DNA of 64,000 nt, from the NCBI GenBank assembly GCA_035317185.1, contig DATHHN010000048.1, forward strand, positions 27,194-91,193, given 5' to 3'. A program made the position numbers and the translations under genes. Below, piece after piece: positions 1-7,876 of the stretch (the stretch's first letter is position 1; the number at the start of each line of letters is the position of its first letter). Below the pieces are notes generated by a model. The model saw nothing but the letters and a program-made list of their open reading frames with translations, searched no databases and was not told where the DNA came from. The stretch comes from Edaphobacter sp. GTDB lineage: Bacteria > Acidobacteriota > Terriglobia > Terriglobales > Acidobacteriaceae.

Positions 1-2626
1 GCTGACGACGAGCAATGAGATCTGCCTTCTGGCTACGGGCGTCGCGGTTGCGTTCGTTGGTGAGGTTCCAATCCTGCAGACGGCGCTCAATCCGGGCGAC
101 CTCGGATTCCATCTGGCGCAGGGCTGCGCCAGAGTTAGCGGACTCCCGCTCGGCATCGCGCCGTTCGTGTGTTTTGCTTTCGATTGAGGCGTTCAGTGCG
201 GCGATTTGATGTTGGAGCTCGGCTGTACGCAGGTCCGTTTGAGCCAACTCCTGCTCGGCTTTTTCCACTTTTTGTTGCACTTCGGCGAGCTCGCGCTTGA
301 GAGCAAGAGGGCCCTGAGAGCGTGGCCGTCCACCAGTGACGGTGACGTTGTGAAAGGTCTCGCCTGAAGGTGACAGGAAAAATGCATGCGGATTCGAGAG
401 GGCGAGCGAGCGGGCCGTATAGGAATCCGGAGCAACGAAGCCCTCGCGAAGTTTGGGCAGGATAACTTCGAGCGATTTGCCGAAGCCGTCCAGGACGCGA
501 ACGCATTCTTTCAGTGGGACTACACCCTCGATGCCCTCGATGTTGGTCTGTGCAGCGCTTTTCATGCCGTCGGCGAAGGTGAAGTTGGCCTGTGCATCGG
601 TGGGATGGACGAGGAAGGTGGCTCGGCCCGCGACGTCGGTCTGGAGCAGGTGCATACCGGTGTCGGCTGCATCCCAGGATTTGACGACGATGTAGTTGAG
701 TTCGTCGCGCAGGAATTCGTCGACAACGCTCTCATACTTGCCGTCAACTTCTAGGAAGTCCGCGAGAGTGCCAACTGCAGCCATGCCGTTGGTGTTGTGC
801 TTGTAGGTATCGGTCTTGAAGATGTTGCGGACGGTGTCGGTGGAGTAGCTGTGTTCGCGGATGAGAGCTTCGAGCGAACTGCGACGACCGTTCAGGCTGG
901 CGACTTCTCCACGCAGCTGGTCGCCGTGACGCTTCGATTGAGACTCTTCGGCGCGATGGGCTTCGATCTGTGCGCGGAGGTCGGCGATTTCGGATTCGAG
1001 GCGCTTCAGGCGTTCCGTGACGGACTCAAAAGAGAGTTTCACTTGGCCGCGCTGCAGGCCGAGTGTGGCGAGCTCCTGCCGAGCGATCTCAGACTCAGAG
1101 AGCAATCGTTCAGCCTCGCGGTCAAGTCCTGCTAAGGCAGCTTCGGCCTGGGCCTGCTCGTTGCGAGTCTGTGAGGTGCGTTGGACAAGCTGCATGGTGG
1201 CGCGGCGGTTCTGCTCGGCTTGCTGCTCGGCTGAGGCGACCGAGCGCGCGGCCTCTTGAGCCCGCTGCTGCTGGCTCTGGACGGCGTCACGGGAATCGCC
1301 AGATTCAGTGGTAGCGGTTTCAAGGAAGCTGCGATGCTGCTCCAACTCTCCGGCAAGGGAAGCGAGCTGGGCCTGCGCCTGCGACAGCTCGTCGGCTCCC
1401 GTTGCGAGACGGTTGCTGAGGTCGCCTATGCGGTCGGCATTGGCGGCAGTACGAGCCGTAATGCGCTCGAGCTCGACGGCAGACTGGTTAGCCTGTGCGC
1501 CGGCTTCACGGATCTGCTGGTCGAGCGCGTAGCCGTTGCGGATGCCTTCGCTATGCTCGGCGTCCATGGTTTCAACGGTGGCGGCCTGCGCGTCGATTTG
1601 GGTGGCGAGTGCGCTAATCTTTTCGGTTGTGGCGGTCTGCTCGGCATCAAGCTGGAACATACGGCTGGCGAGGACGACACGAAGACGGCTGCGGAGCTCG
1701 TCGCGAAGAGCACCGTAACGCTCGGCCTTAGCAGCCTGGCGCTTCAGTGTGCCCATCTGGCGGGTCACTTCTTCGAAGATGTCATTGACGCGGGAGAGGT
1801 TCTGCTTGGCGGATTCGAGACGGAGTTCGGCGAGGCGCTTTTTGGTCTTGAAGCGAGTGATGCCAGCGGCCTCTTCGATGATGCTGCGGCGATCATGAGG
1901 TTTGGCTGAGAGGAGTTGGCCGATGCGCTCCTGACCGATGATCGCGTAGGACTCGCCGCCGAGGCCGGTGCCCATAAAGATGTCCTGAATGTCGCGGAGA
2001 CGGCAGATCTTCCCGTTGAGCAGATATTCGCTATCGCCGGAACGGAAAAGGCGTCGGGTGATGGTCAATTCCCCGGCGCGAACTGGTGCGCGGCCAAACT
2101 TGCGACGGCGGATCTTCAGGACGACATTGTTCGGATTCGCGGCCTCAGCGGCGCTGGCGTCTGCTTCTGTAACTGCGGCAACGATCTGTGGACCCTTGGT
2201 CTCGCCTTCGATGACAGTTCCAGGCTGAGCATCGGCCACGGCGTCCTCGGTCTCTTCGGCGTGTTGCTGGCGAAGGGCAGTCTCGTCCCAGTCAGAAGGT
2301 AGGTTGTCGTCTATGACGACGTCGGGCTCGTCGCCGAGGCTGGCTCCGTCGTAAATTTCGGGGTCGACGAGGGTTAGGGAGACTTCGGCCATGCCGGTCG
2401 GCTTGCGGTCGCGGGTGCCGGCGAAGATGACGTCTTCCATCTTGATGCCGCGGAGGGATTTTGCCGACTGCTCACCCAGCACCCAGGTAATCGCATCGGA
2501 GATGTTGGACTTGCCGCAGCCGTTGGGGCCGACGATGGCGGCGATACCTTCACCGGAGAGCTGGACCTCAGTGCGGTCGCAGAAGGACTTGAAGCCGAGG
2601 ATCTGGACTTTCTTGAGCTTGAGCAA
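1..2626 (-). CDS. smc: Chromosome segregation protein SMC, 5' part (runs off the left edge)
   Basis: Manual minus-strand translation from TTG at 2626: MLKLKKVQILGFKSF...IVGPNGCGKSNISDAITWVLGEQSAKSLRG..MEDVIFAG (Walker A and SMC head), then coiled coil and hinge (DEFLRDELNYIVV, GRATFL). Open to position 1. Absent from the ORF track because no stop lies in the window. Confidence 0.97.
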   Translation of the reverse strand, partial: MLKLKKVQILGFKSFCDRTEVQLSGEGIAAIVGPNGCGKSNISDAITWVLGEQSAKSLRGIKMEDVIFAGTRDRKPTGMAEVSLTLVDPEIYDGASLGDEPDVVIDDNLPSDWDETALRQQHAEETEDAVADAQPGTVIEGETKGPQIVAAVTEADASAAEAANPNNVVLKIRRRKFGRAPVRAGELTITRRLFRSGDSEYLLNGKICRLRDIQDIFMGTGLGGESYAIIGQERIGQLLSAKPHDRRSIIEEAAGITRFKTKKRLAELRLESAKQNLSRVNDIFEEVTRQMGTLKRQAAKAERYGALRDELRSRLRVVLASRMFQLDAEQTATTEKISALATQIDAQAATVETMDAEHSEGIRNGYALDQQIREAGAQANQSAVELERITARTAANADRIGDLSNRLATGADELSQAQAQLASLAGELEQHRSFLETATTESGDSRDAVQSQQQRAQEAARSVASAEQQAEQNRRATMQLVQRTSQTRNEQAQAEAALAGLDREAERLLSESEIARQELATLGLQRGQVKLSFESVTERLKRLESEIADLRAQIEAHRAEESQSKRHGDQLRGEVASLNGRRSSLEALIREHSYSTDTVRNIFKTDTYKHNTNGMAAVGTLADFLEVDGKYESVVDEFLRDELNYIVVKSWDAADTGMHLLQTDVAGRATFLVHPTDAQANFTFADGMKSAAQTNIEGIEGVVPLKECVRVLDGFGKSLEVILPKLREGFVAPDSYTARSLALSNPHAFFLSPSGETFHNVTVTGGRPRSQGPLALKRELAEVQQKVEKAEQELAQTDLRTAELQHQIAALNASIESKTHERRDAERESANSGAALRQMESEVARIERRLQDWNLTNERNRDARSQKADLIARRQ

Positions 2627-2691
2627 ATTGACCTCTGCGGCGAGTACCGTTTGGTTTGGGGAGGTCTCGCCTGGCTATTAAGACTGATTCA

Positions 2692-2720
2692 ACTGTAGTC
2701 GTGGAAGAACCCAGAATCAA
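2692..2720 (-). promoter_or_regulatory. Putative sigma70 promoter of smc
   Basis: Minus strand TTGATT (2720-2715), 17 nt, TACAGT (2697-2692). Confidence 0.55.
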
Positions 2721-2739
2721 CGGAAACAACACCACAGGT

Positions 2740-2748
2740 TGTGGATAA
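2740..2748 (-). promoter_or_regulatory. Consensus DnaA box upstream of smc
   Basis: Plus strand TGTGGATAA = TTATCCACA on the minus strand, about 20 bp upstream of the putative -35; overlaps the inverted repeat CCACA-GGT-TGTGG. Confidence 0.45.
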
Positions 2749-3176
2749 GACGTTCCTAACACTATGAATGGGTAGTTGTCACAAAAATGGAAGCTTTTTG
2801 GCCTTCACAGTCTTGGCAATTTGCGCTGCTGGTAAAGTTCAGGATAGCAAAGCTGAAAGATACGCGTCTTTCGTTTCATTCAACTGAAAAGATCGCCGGA
2901 ACGTTCGATTATGTTCGACATGTTTTGCGTCTAACGAGTTGACGTTGGCGCGTATAAATGAATCGAACTTGCCAGACAGCAGCCCGATTTCTATAATCCG
3001 CATCATCATCCCTGAACCAACAAGCACCTCGCATTATGCTTGACCGATGGGTTAGCACTATCGAAGACTCTCGGTTCATTGCATAAAGAGGCATCTTGGG
3101 GTTTATGGTATATCCAACTGACCGCGGGACTACCGGTGGCAGAATTTGAAGGAAAAGATTTACTGAGGAGTGTGGA

Positions 3177-4484
3177 ATGAAGAAGGTAGTCGTTGCGTCT
3201 CTCCTGGCGGTCGCTAGCGTTGCACCCGTTGCACGGATGGCGGTTGCACAGACACAGGTGAATCTGGGGTCCAACGCGCAGGCAAATGGCGGAATCCAGA
3301 TGTCTCCGGCAGAATATAAGGCCTATAACGATGCGATTGCGCAGACCACGCCTCAAACCAAGGCGCCTGCGCTTGAGGCTTACCTGACTGCGTATCCGCA
3401 GTCGGCGGTGAAGGCGGCCACGCTGGAACAGCTGATGCTGGCTTACAGCAGTTTTGATCCGGCAAAGACGCTGGACGCGGCTGACCGTCTGCTGCAAGTT
3501 GACCCAAACAATCTTCGGGCCCTGACTTTTGAGGTGTACTTTCGCCAGCAGGCCGGCGATCAGGCAACCGATCCGGCAGCCAAACAAGCAGCCTATGACA
3601 AGGCGGCCGAATATGCGCAGAAGGGTCTGACTGTCACCAAGCCGCAGGAGATGAGTGATGCCGATTTCAATGCATTGAAGACCGCTGCTACACCGGTCTT
3701 CTATCGCGCAATTGCAGCGGCTGCGTTGGGCAAGAAGGACGCTCCGACAGCAATCGACGCCCTCAAAAAGAGTTTGGCTAGTGTGCCTGTGGCAGACACT
3801 ACCAAGCCCGGACCACTCCTCCAGGACACCTACACACTTGGTTCGGCGTACTACCAGTCGACGCCGCCTGACCTGATTAACTGTGCATGGTATGCTGCGC
3901 GTGCTGCTGCCTTCGCACCAGAGCCCTACAAGTCGCAGATGCTTCCGTTGGCGAAGTACTGCTTCAAGAAGTACCACGGTGCGGATGACGGTTTCGACGC
4001 GCTTCTGGCCGCAGCACAGCAGAACTTGGATCGTCCAGCCGATTTCACGATCAAGCCCGCACCTCAGCCGTCCGATATCGTGGCACAGGTGATTGCGAGC
4101 ACGCCGGATCTGGCGACGCTGGCGATCAGCGACAAGGAATTCATCCTCGCGAACGGCAAGCCTGAGGATGCCGCCAAGGTCTGGGACACGATTAAAGGCA
4201 AGACTGTGCAGTTTCCGGGCGCAACAGTCATCTCCGTCTCGGATACCGAGCTGAAGGTTGCTGTTTCGGACGATGCGGTTCAGTCGAAGACGGCCGACTT
4301 TACGTTCCAGCTGAAGGAGCCGTTGAAGACGCCTCCTGCGGTTGGCGACAAGGTTGACGTGACCGGAACCTATGCATCATTCACACCAAGCCCAATCATG
4401 ATCACGATGAGCGACGGCGCGATTATCGAGAAGAAGGCTCCTGCGAAGAAGCCGACGCCGGCACGTCGTCCAGCCCATCGGTAA
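3177..4484 (+). CDS. Secreted helical-repeat (TPR-like) protein of unknown function
   Basis: 435 aa, signal peptide (MKKVVVASLLAVASVAPVARMAVAQ), Ala-rich amphipathic helices, beta-rich C-terminus, SD GAGGAG upstream, terminator downstream. Confidence 0.8.
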   Translation: MKKVVVASLLAVASVAPVARMAVAQTQVNLGSNAQANGGIQMSPAEYKAYNDAIAQTTPQTKAPALEAYLTAYPQSAVKAATLEQLMLAYSSFDPAKTLDAADRLLQVDPNNLRALTFEVYFRQQAGDQATDPAAKQAAYDKAAEYAQKGLTVTKPQEMSDADFNALKTAATPVFYRAIAAAALGKKDAPTAIDALKKSLASVPVADTTKPGPLLQDTYTLGSAYYQSTPPDLINCAWYAARAAAFAPEPYKSQMLPLAKYCFKKYHGADDGFDALLAAAQQNLDRPADFTIKPAPQPSDIVAQVIASTPDLATLAISDKEFILANGKPEDAAKVWDTIKGKTVQFPGATVISVSDTELKVAVSDDAVQSKTADFTFQLKEPLKTPPAVGDKVDVTGTYASFTPSPIMITMSDGAIIEKKAPAKKPTPARRPAHR

Positions 4485-4502
4485 ACGGTGGTTGATAGTA
4501 AG

Positions 4503-4527
4503 AAAGGCAGCCTTCGGGCTGCCTTTT
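4503..4527 (+). terminator. Rho-independent terminator
   Basis: AAAGGCAGCC-TTCG-GGCTGCCTTTT. Confidence 0.9.
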
Positions 4528-4812
4528 CTGCGTTTCGCTGAAATTAAATCGATTTCTAGCTCTAGGTTTCAAAGAACCGGTGGCAAAAATATGTGTAGTT
4601 GAAGAAATGTGCAAAAAATTGCACTTTGAAGGCGCACAACGGCCTTTTTCGAGTTAACTTTGGAATGGAGCCTCCAAGATTCGCATTGGAGATGCTTATA
4701 CGGGCGATACGTGCGGTCTGAAGATTCGACCCTGATCGTTGCCTTCCTTGTCCTCTCTGACTTACTTGCATATCCCTGGCTACACCTCAGCAGAGCAGCA
4801 GGAGGAGTATCA

Positions 4813-4854
4813 ATGTTTTATTTGGAGCGGAGCAGGGAGGGGATTTGCTCGTGA
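4813..4854 (+). CDS. Possible 13-aa upstream peptide (MFYLERSREGICS) overlapping the EAL gene start
   Basis: SD GGAGGAG at 4801-4807, ATG 4813, TGA 4852-4854 overlapping GTG 4851 (GTGA). Confidence 0.3.
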   Translation: MFYLERSREGICS

Positions 4855-5645
4855 GTCGAGTGAAACGTTTCCCTGAATTTCAGATTTTTTTGCAACCGAT
4901 CGTCGACCTGAAGAGAACGTCGATTTTTGCGTATGAGGCATTGTGCAGGGGATTGGGGGGAGAAAGTTACCCGGAGCTGTTGGAGCAGGTCGATCCAAAT
5001 CTGATTTCCAGGTTCGATGAACTGATCATGGTCAGAGAGCTTCAACTGGCCGCTTCGCTTCGGTTGGAAAGCATGGGAGCTAAGATCTCTCTGAACATGG
5101 GACCGACGACAGGGCTTGATCGAGCGTACGTGTTGCGCGAAGCAAGGCGATTGGGAATCAAGCCCTCTTCCATAATGATTGAACTTACGGAGGGGGTGAG
5201 AATGGAACCGGCGAAGCTGGCCCGCATCATCGCGGACCACCGCGCGGCTGGGGTTGTGGTGGCACTCGATGATTTTGGCGGAGGATATGCCGGACTGAAT
5301 GTGCTGGCGACGTGTGTGCCGGATGTTTTGAAGATCGACGCTGAACTAATTCGAAATATACATTCGAGTCCACTAAAGAAAACGATTGTGAGTGCGTTCG
5401 CCGATGTGTGCCGGAGATTGAGTGTCGAGATTGTCGCCGAAGGTGTGGAGACAATCGCAGAGGTTGATGTGCTGTACTGCATGGGGATCAATCTGATGCA
5501 GGGATACTTCTTTGCCCATCCGCGGGTAGGGCAGATGCCGGAGGTAAACTTTCCGCGGAAATATCAAAACACCACACTGGCGGAAAAGTGGCCACGAATC
5601 TCCAAAGCAGATCGGGAGTGGTTGCGGCGGGCGATTCGGCAGTAG
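4851..5645 (+). CDS. Stand-alone EAL-domain c-di-GMP phosphodiesterase
   Basis: FLQPIV, YEAL, IELTE, ALDDFGGGYAGL, LKID, VAEGVET, QGYFFAHP motifs. Start GTG 4851 or TTG 4845. Confidence 0.92.
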   Translation: MSRVKRFPEFQIFLQPIVDLKRTSIFAYEALCRGLGGESYPELLEQVDPNLISRFDELIMVRELQLAASLRLESMGAKISLNMGPTTGLDRAYVLREARRLGIKPSSIMIELTEGVRMEPAKLARIIADHRAAGVVVALDDFGGGYAGLNVLATCVPDVLKIDAELIRNIHSSPLKKTIVSAFADVCRRLSVEIVAEGVETIAEVDVLYCMGINLMQGYFFAHPRVGQMPEVNFPRKYQNTTLAEKWPRISKADREWLRRAIRQ

Positions 5646-5653
5646 CGATGAGG

Positions 5654-6448
5654 CTATTCGCCGAGCATGATGCGTTTGATGTGATGGGCGCGGCCAGTGG
5701 CTCCGTCGCAGGAGATGAGGGCAGCGCACATCTTTGGATTGCCTTTGGCGGGCTCGAACTTGCCGGGCATTCCTGTGAGAAAACGTGCCAGAACGAGCTC
5801 TTTTTCGACGCCAATTACGGAGTCGTAGGGACCGGACATGCCTACGTCGGTCTGGTAGGCGGTGCCGTTGGGAAGGATGCGCTCGTCGGCAGTGGGAATG
5901 TGGGTGTGGGTGCCGAGTAGAGCAGTGACGCGGCCGTCAAGGTACCATCCCATGGCCACTTTTTCGCTGGTGGCTTCGCCGTGGAGGTCGAGGAGGATGA
6001 CCTTTGGGGTGATTTTGCTGAGGAGTTCGTCTGCTTTACGGAAGGGGTCGTCGCAGGAGGACATGAAGACGCGGCATTGGAGGTTCATGACGGCGTAGGT
6101 TTGACCGGTGGGTAGCTCGCCTTCATAAACGCCGAACCCTGGTGTGCCAACGGCGTAGTTGGCCGGGCGAATGACGCGCCGGCCACGAACGTGGGAGTCG
6201 GCGGGGACGGTCATGTACTCGAAGATCTCTTTTTTGTCCCAGATGTGGTTGCCAGTGGTGATGACGTGGGCTCCGAGATCGAAAAGTTCTTCTGCGATGG
6301 ACGGGGTGATGCCGAAGCCGCCGGCGGCGTTTTCGCCGTTGATGACAAGGAGATCGACGGCATTGGAATCGAGGACGTGGGGCAGGTGTTCGCGGACGAT
6401 GTGGCGGCCGGCGGAGCCAAAGACGTCGCCGACGAAGAGGATATTCAC
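5654..6448 (-). CDS. ymdB: YmdB/TIGR00282-family metallophosphoesterase
   Basis: ILFVGDVFG, NGENAAGGFG, TTGNHIWD, RPANY, DLHGEATSEK, GTHTHIPTAD, TDVGMSGP. Confidence 0.95.
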   Translation of the reverse strand: MNILFVGDVFGSAGRHIVREHLPHVLDSNAVDLLVINGENAAGGFGITPSIAEELFDLGAHVITTGNHIWDKKEIFEYMTVPADSHVRGRRVIRPANYAVGTPGFGVYEGELPTGQTYAVMNLQCRVFMSSCDDPFRKADELLSKITPKVILLDLHGEATSEKVAMGWYLDGRVTALLGTHTHIPTADERILPNGTAYQTDVGMSGPYDSVIGVEKELVLARFLTGMPGKFEPAKGNPKMCAALISCDGATGRAHHIKRIMLGE

Positions 6449-6528
6449 TGTGAGATTTTACATGGTTGGCGTTGAGAAATGACGGCGGGATGCGGGTTTA
6501 CGGCGGAGGTTGTGGTAGCTTTTTGTGC

Positions 6529-6906
6529 ATGGCACAAAGCGAGCGTTTTCAGTTGAGTGTGCGGGTGTTGGCTGTTCTGGCGAGCGAGCCGGATGCGATG
6601 CATACGTCTGCGGCGATTGCGGAGACGTTGAAGGAGAGTGCGGTGATGGTGCGGCGGACGTTTCTGCTGTTGCATAAGGCCGGGCTGATTATGCAGCGAA
6701 AAGGGCCGAATGGCGGGGCGAAGCTGAAGGTTGCGCCGAAGCAGATCGGGCTGGGAGATTTGTTTGAGGCAACGGCTGGAGATTGGCTTTCGATTGAGGA
6801 TAAGTCTGTGGCTGCGCATATGAAGAAGGTGCGTGGGGACGCGATTGCGGCGATGAATGAGCACTCGCTGGCCGGGATAGTGAAGCGGATGAAGAGGGCA
6901 AAGTAG
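6529..6906 (+). CDS. Rrf2-family transcriptional regulator without Cys ligands
   Basis: wHTH with SAAIAETL...AGLIMQRKGPNGGAKL and IGLGDLFEA; no Cys from ATG 6529 onward. Confidence 0.85.
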   Translation: MAQSERFQLSVRVLAVLASEPDAMHTSAAIAETLKESAVMVRRTFLLLHKAGLIMQRKGPNGGAKLKVAPKQIGLGDLFEATAGDWLSIEDKSVAAHMKKVRGDAIAAMNEHSLAGIVKRMKRAK

Positions 6907-6931
6907 GATATTTTTCATGAAAAAATATGGG

Positions 6932-6960
6932 CCCCGGAGAGATCCGGGGTTTGTTGTTTT
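6932..6960 (+). terminator. Rho-independent terminator after the Rrf2 gene
   Basis: CCCCGGA-GAGA-TCCGGGG followed by TTTGTTGTTTT. Confidence 0.75.
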
Positions 6961-7113
6961 TGCAGGGGTTTTTGAGAAAAAACGGCTGCAGAAGATGGAT
7001 TTTTCGTGGACAAGTTGTGGTGAAATGTGTGGCAAACGTGGATGGCGGATGTCGCATTTTGGGCTTAGGGATTTCGTGCAGTTTTTTGGGATTTATTTTG
7101 CAAGGAGGGCGGG

Positions 7114-7551
7114 ATGAAGAAAGCTGTTTTGCTGCTCAGGATTGCTTCGATTCTGGCGCTGGTGCATGGGGTACTGCATACGATCGGCGGAGTGTTCGGG
7201 TCGGTTGCGCCGGGGTCTATGCAGACGGCTGTGACGGCGATGCAGGTGAACCGGTTTCAGGCGATGGGAGTGAACCGAAGCTACTGGGATTTCATCATGG
7301 GATATGGTCTGCTCACGACGGTGAAGTTTCTGGTGGAGACGGTAGTGTTCTGGCAGCTTGCGTCGCTGGTGAAGGCGTACGGGCTGCAGATACGGCCGAT
7401 ATTGATCGCTTTCAGTGTGGGGTATGTGGTGGATGCGTTTATTGCGTGGAGGTATTTCTTTGCGGGGCCTGCTGTATTTGAGATTGTGATTGCCGGGTGC
7501 TTGTTCTGGGCGTGGTGGCTGGCTGGCCGGGCTGCGCCGCGAGCGGTATAG
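7114..7551 (+). CDS. Four-TM membrane protein (resembles the LIC_13387 family)
   Basis: Four hydrophobic segments, HxxLHTIGG and GxxRSYWDF motifs; SD GGAGG. Family assignment is from memory only. Confidence 0.7.
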   Translation: MKKAVLLLRIASILALVHGVLHTIGGVFGSVAPGSMQTAVTAMQVNRFQAMGVNRSYWDFIMGYGLLTTVKFLVETVVFWQLASLVKAYGLQIRPILIAFSVGYVVDAFIAWRYFFAGPAVFEIVIAGCLFWAWWLAGRAAPRAV

Positions 7552-7584
7552 GCGGGAGTGGAAAGTGAATCGCGCTTTGCGCGA

Positions 7585-7654
7585 TGCCCACTCATGCGAT
7601 GAGACCGCATGAATGGGGCACCCAGCACTTTCTGGCAGCACCCAGCATTTCCGG
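7585..7654. repeat. REP-like palindrome plus direct repeat
   Basis: TGCCCACTCATGCG-ATGAGAC-CGCATGAATGGGGCA hairpin, then GCACCCAGCA(C)TTT twice. Confidence 0.7.
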
Positions 7655-7876
7655 CAGGGAAGAAGGCTATCTACTTTGGCGGAGGAGTGAGATGCCTATT
7701 GCGAGAGTCCGCGTTGATGTGCGATTGCTCATTCGCGACTCATGCAGCTCGGCGAGCTTTTCGGTGCACTGGCAGTTTTGCTAGTGGAGGAGTCAGCACA
7801 GTATCTATAGACTGTGCGCGGTGGCTGGGCCCGGCCAAGATTGCGTTCCTGTAAGAACGAAGGCGAGGAATCAACA

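Noticed and set aside
386-2681. Plus-strand ORFs of 60-217 aa over the smc region
   Set aside because: Antisense shadows of smc; the minus frame gives a continuous, motif-perfect SMC.
2899-2925. GTTC-N-GTTC repeats resembling the LexA box described for Acidobacterium and Alphaproteobacteria
   Set aside because: Spacing is N6 rather than N7; I also saw no GTTC-N7-GTTC upstream of uvrC or ruvC.
2839-3027. 62-aa minus-strand ORF upstream of smc
   Set aside because: No recognisable motif and only a weak SD; it cannot be supported without a homology search, though it is not excluded.
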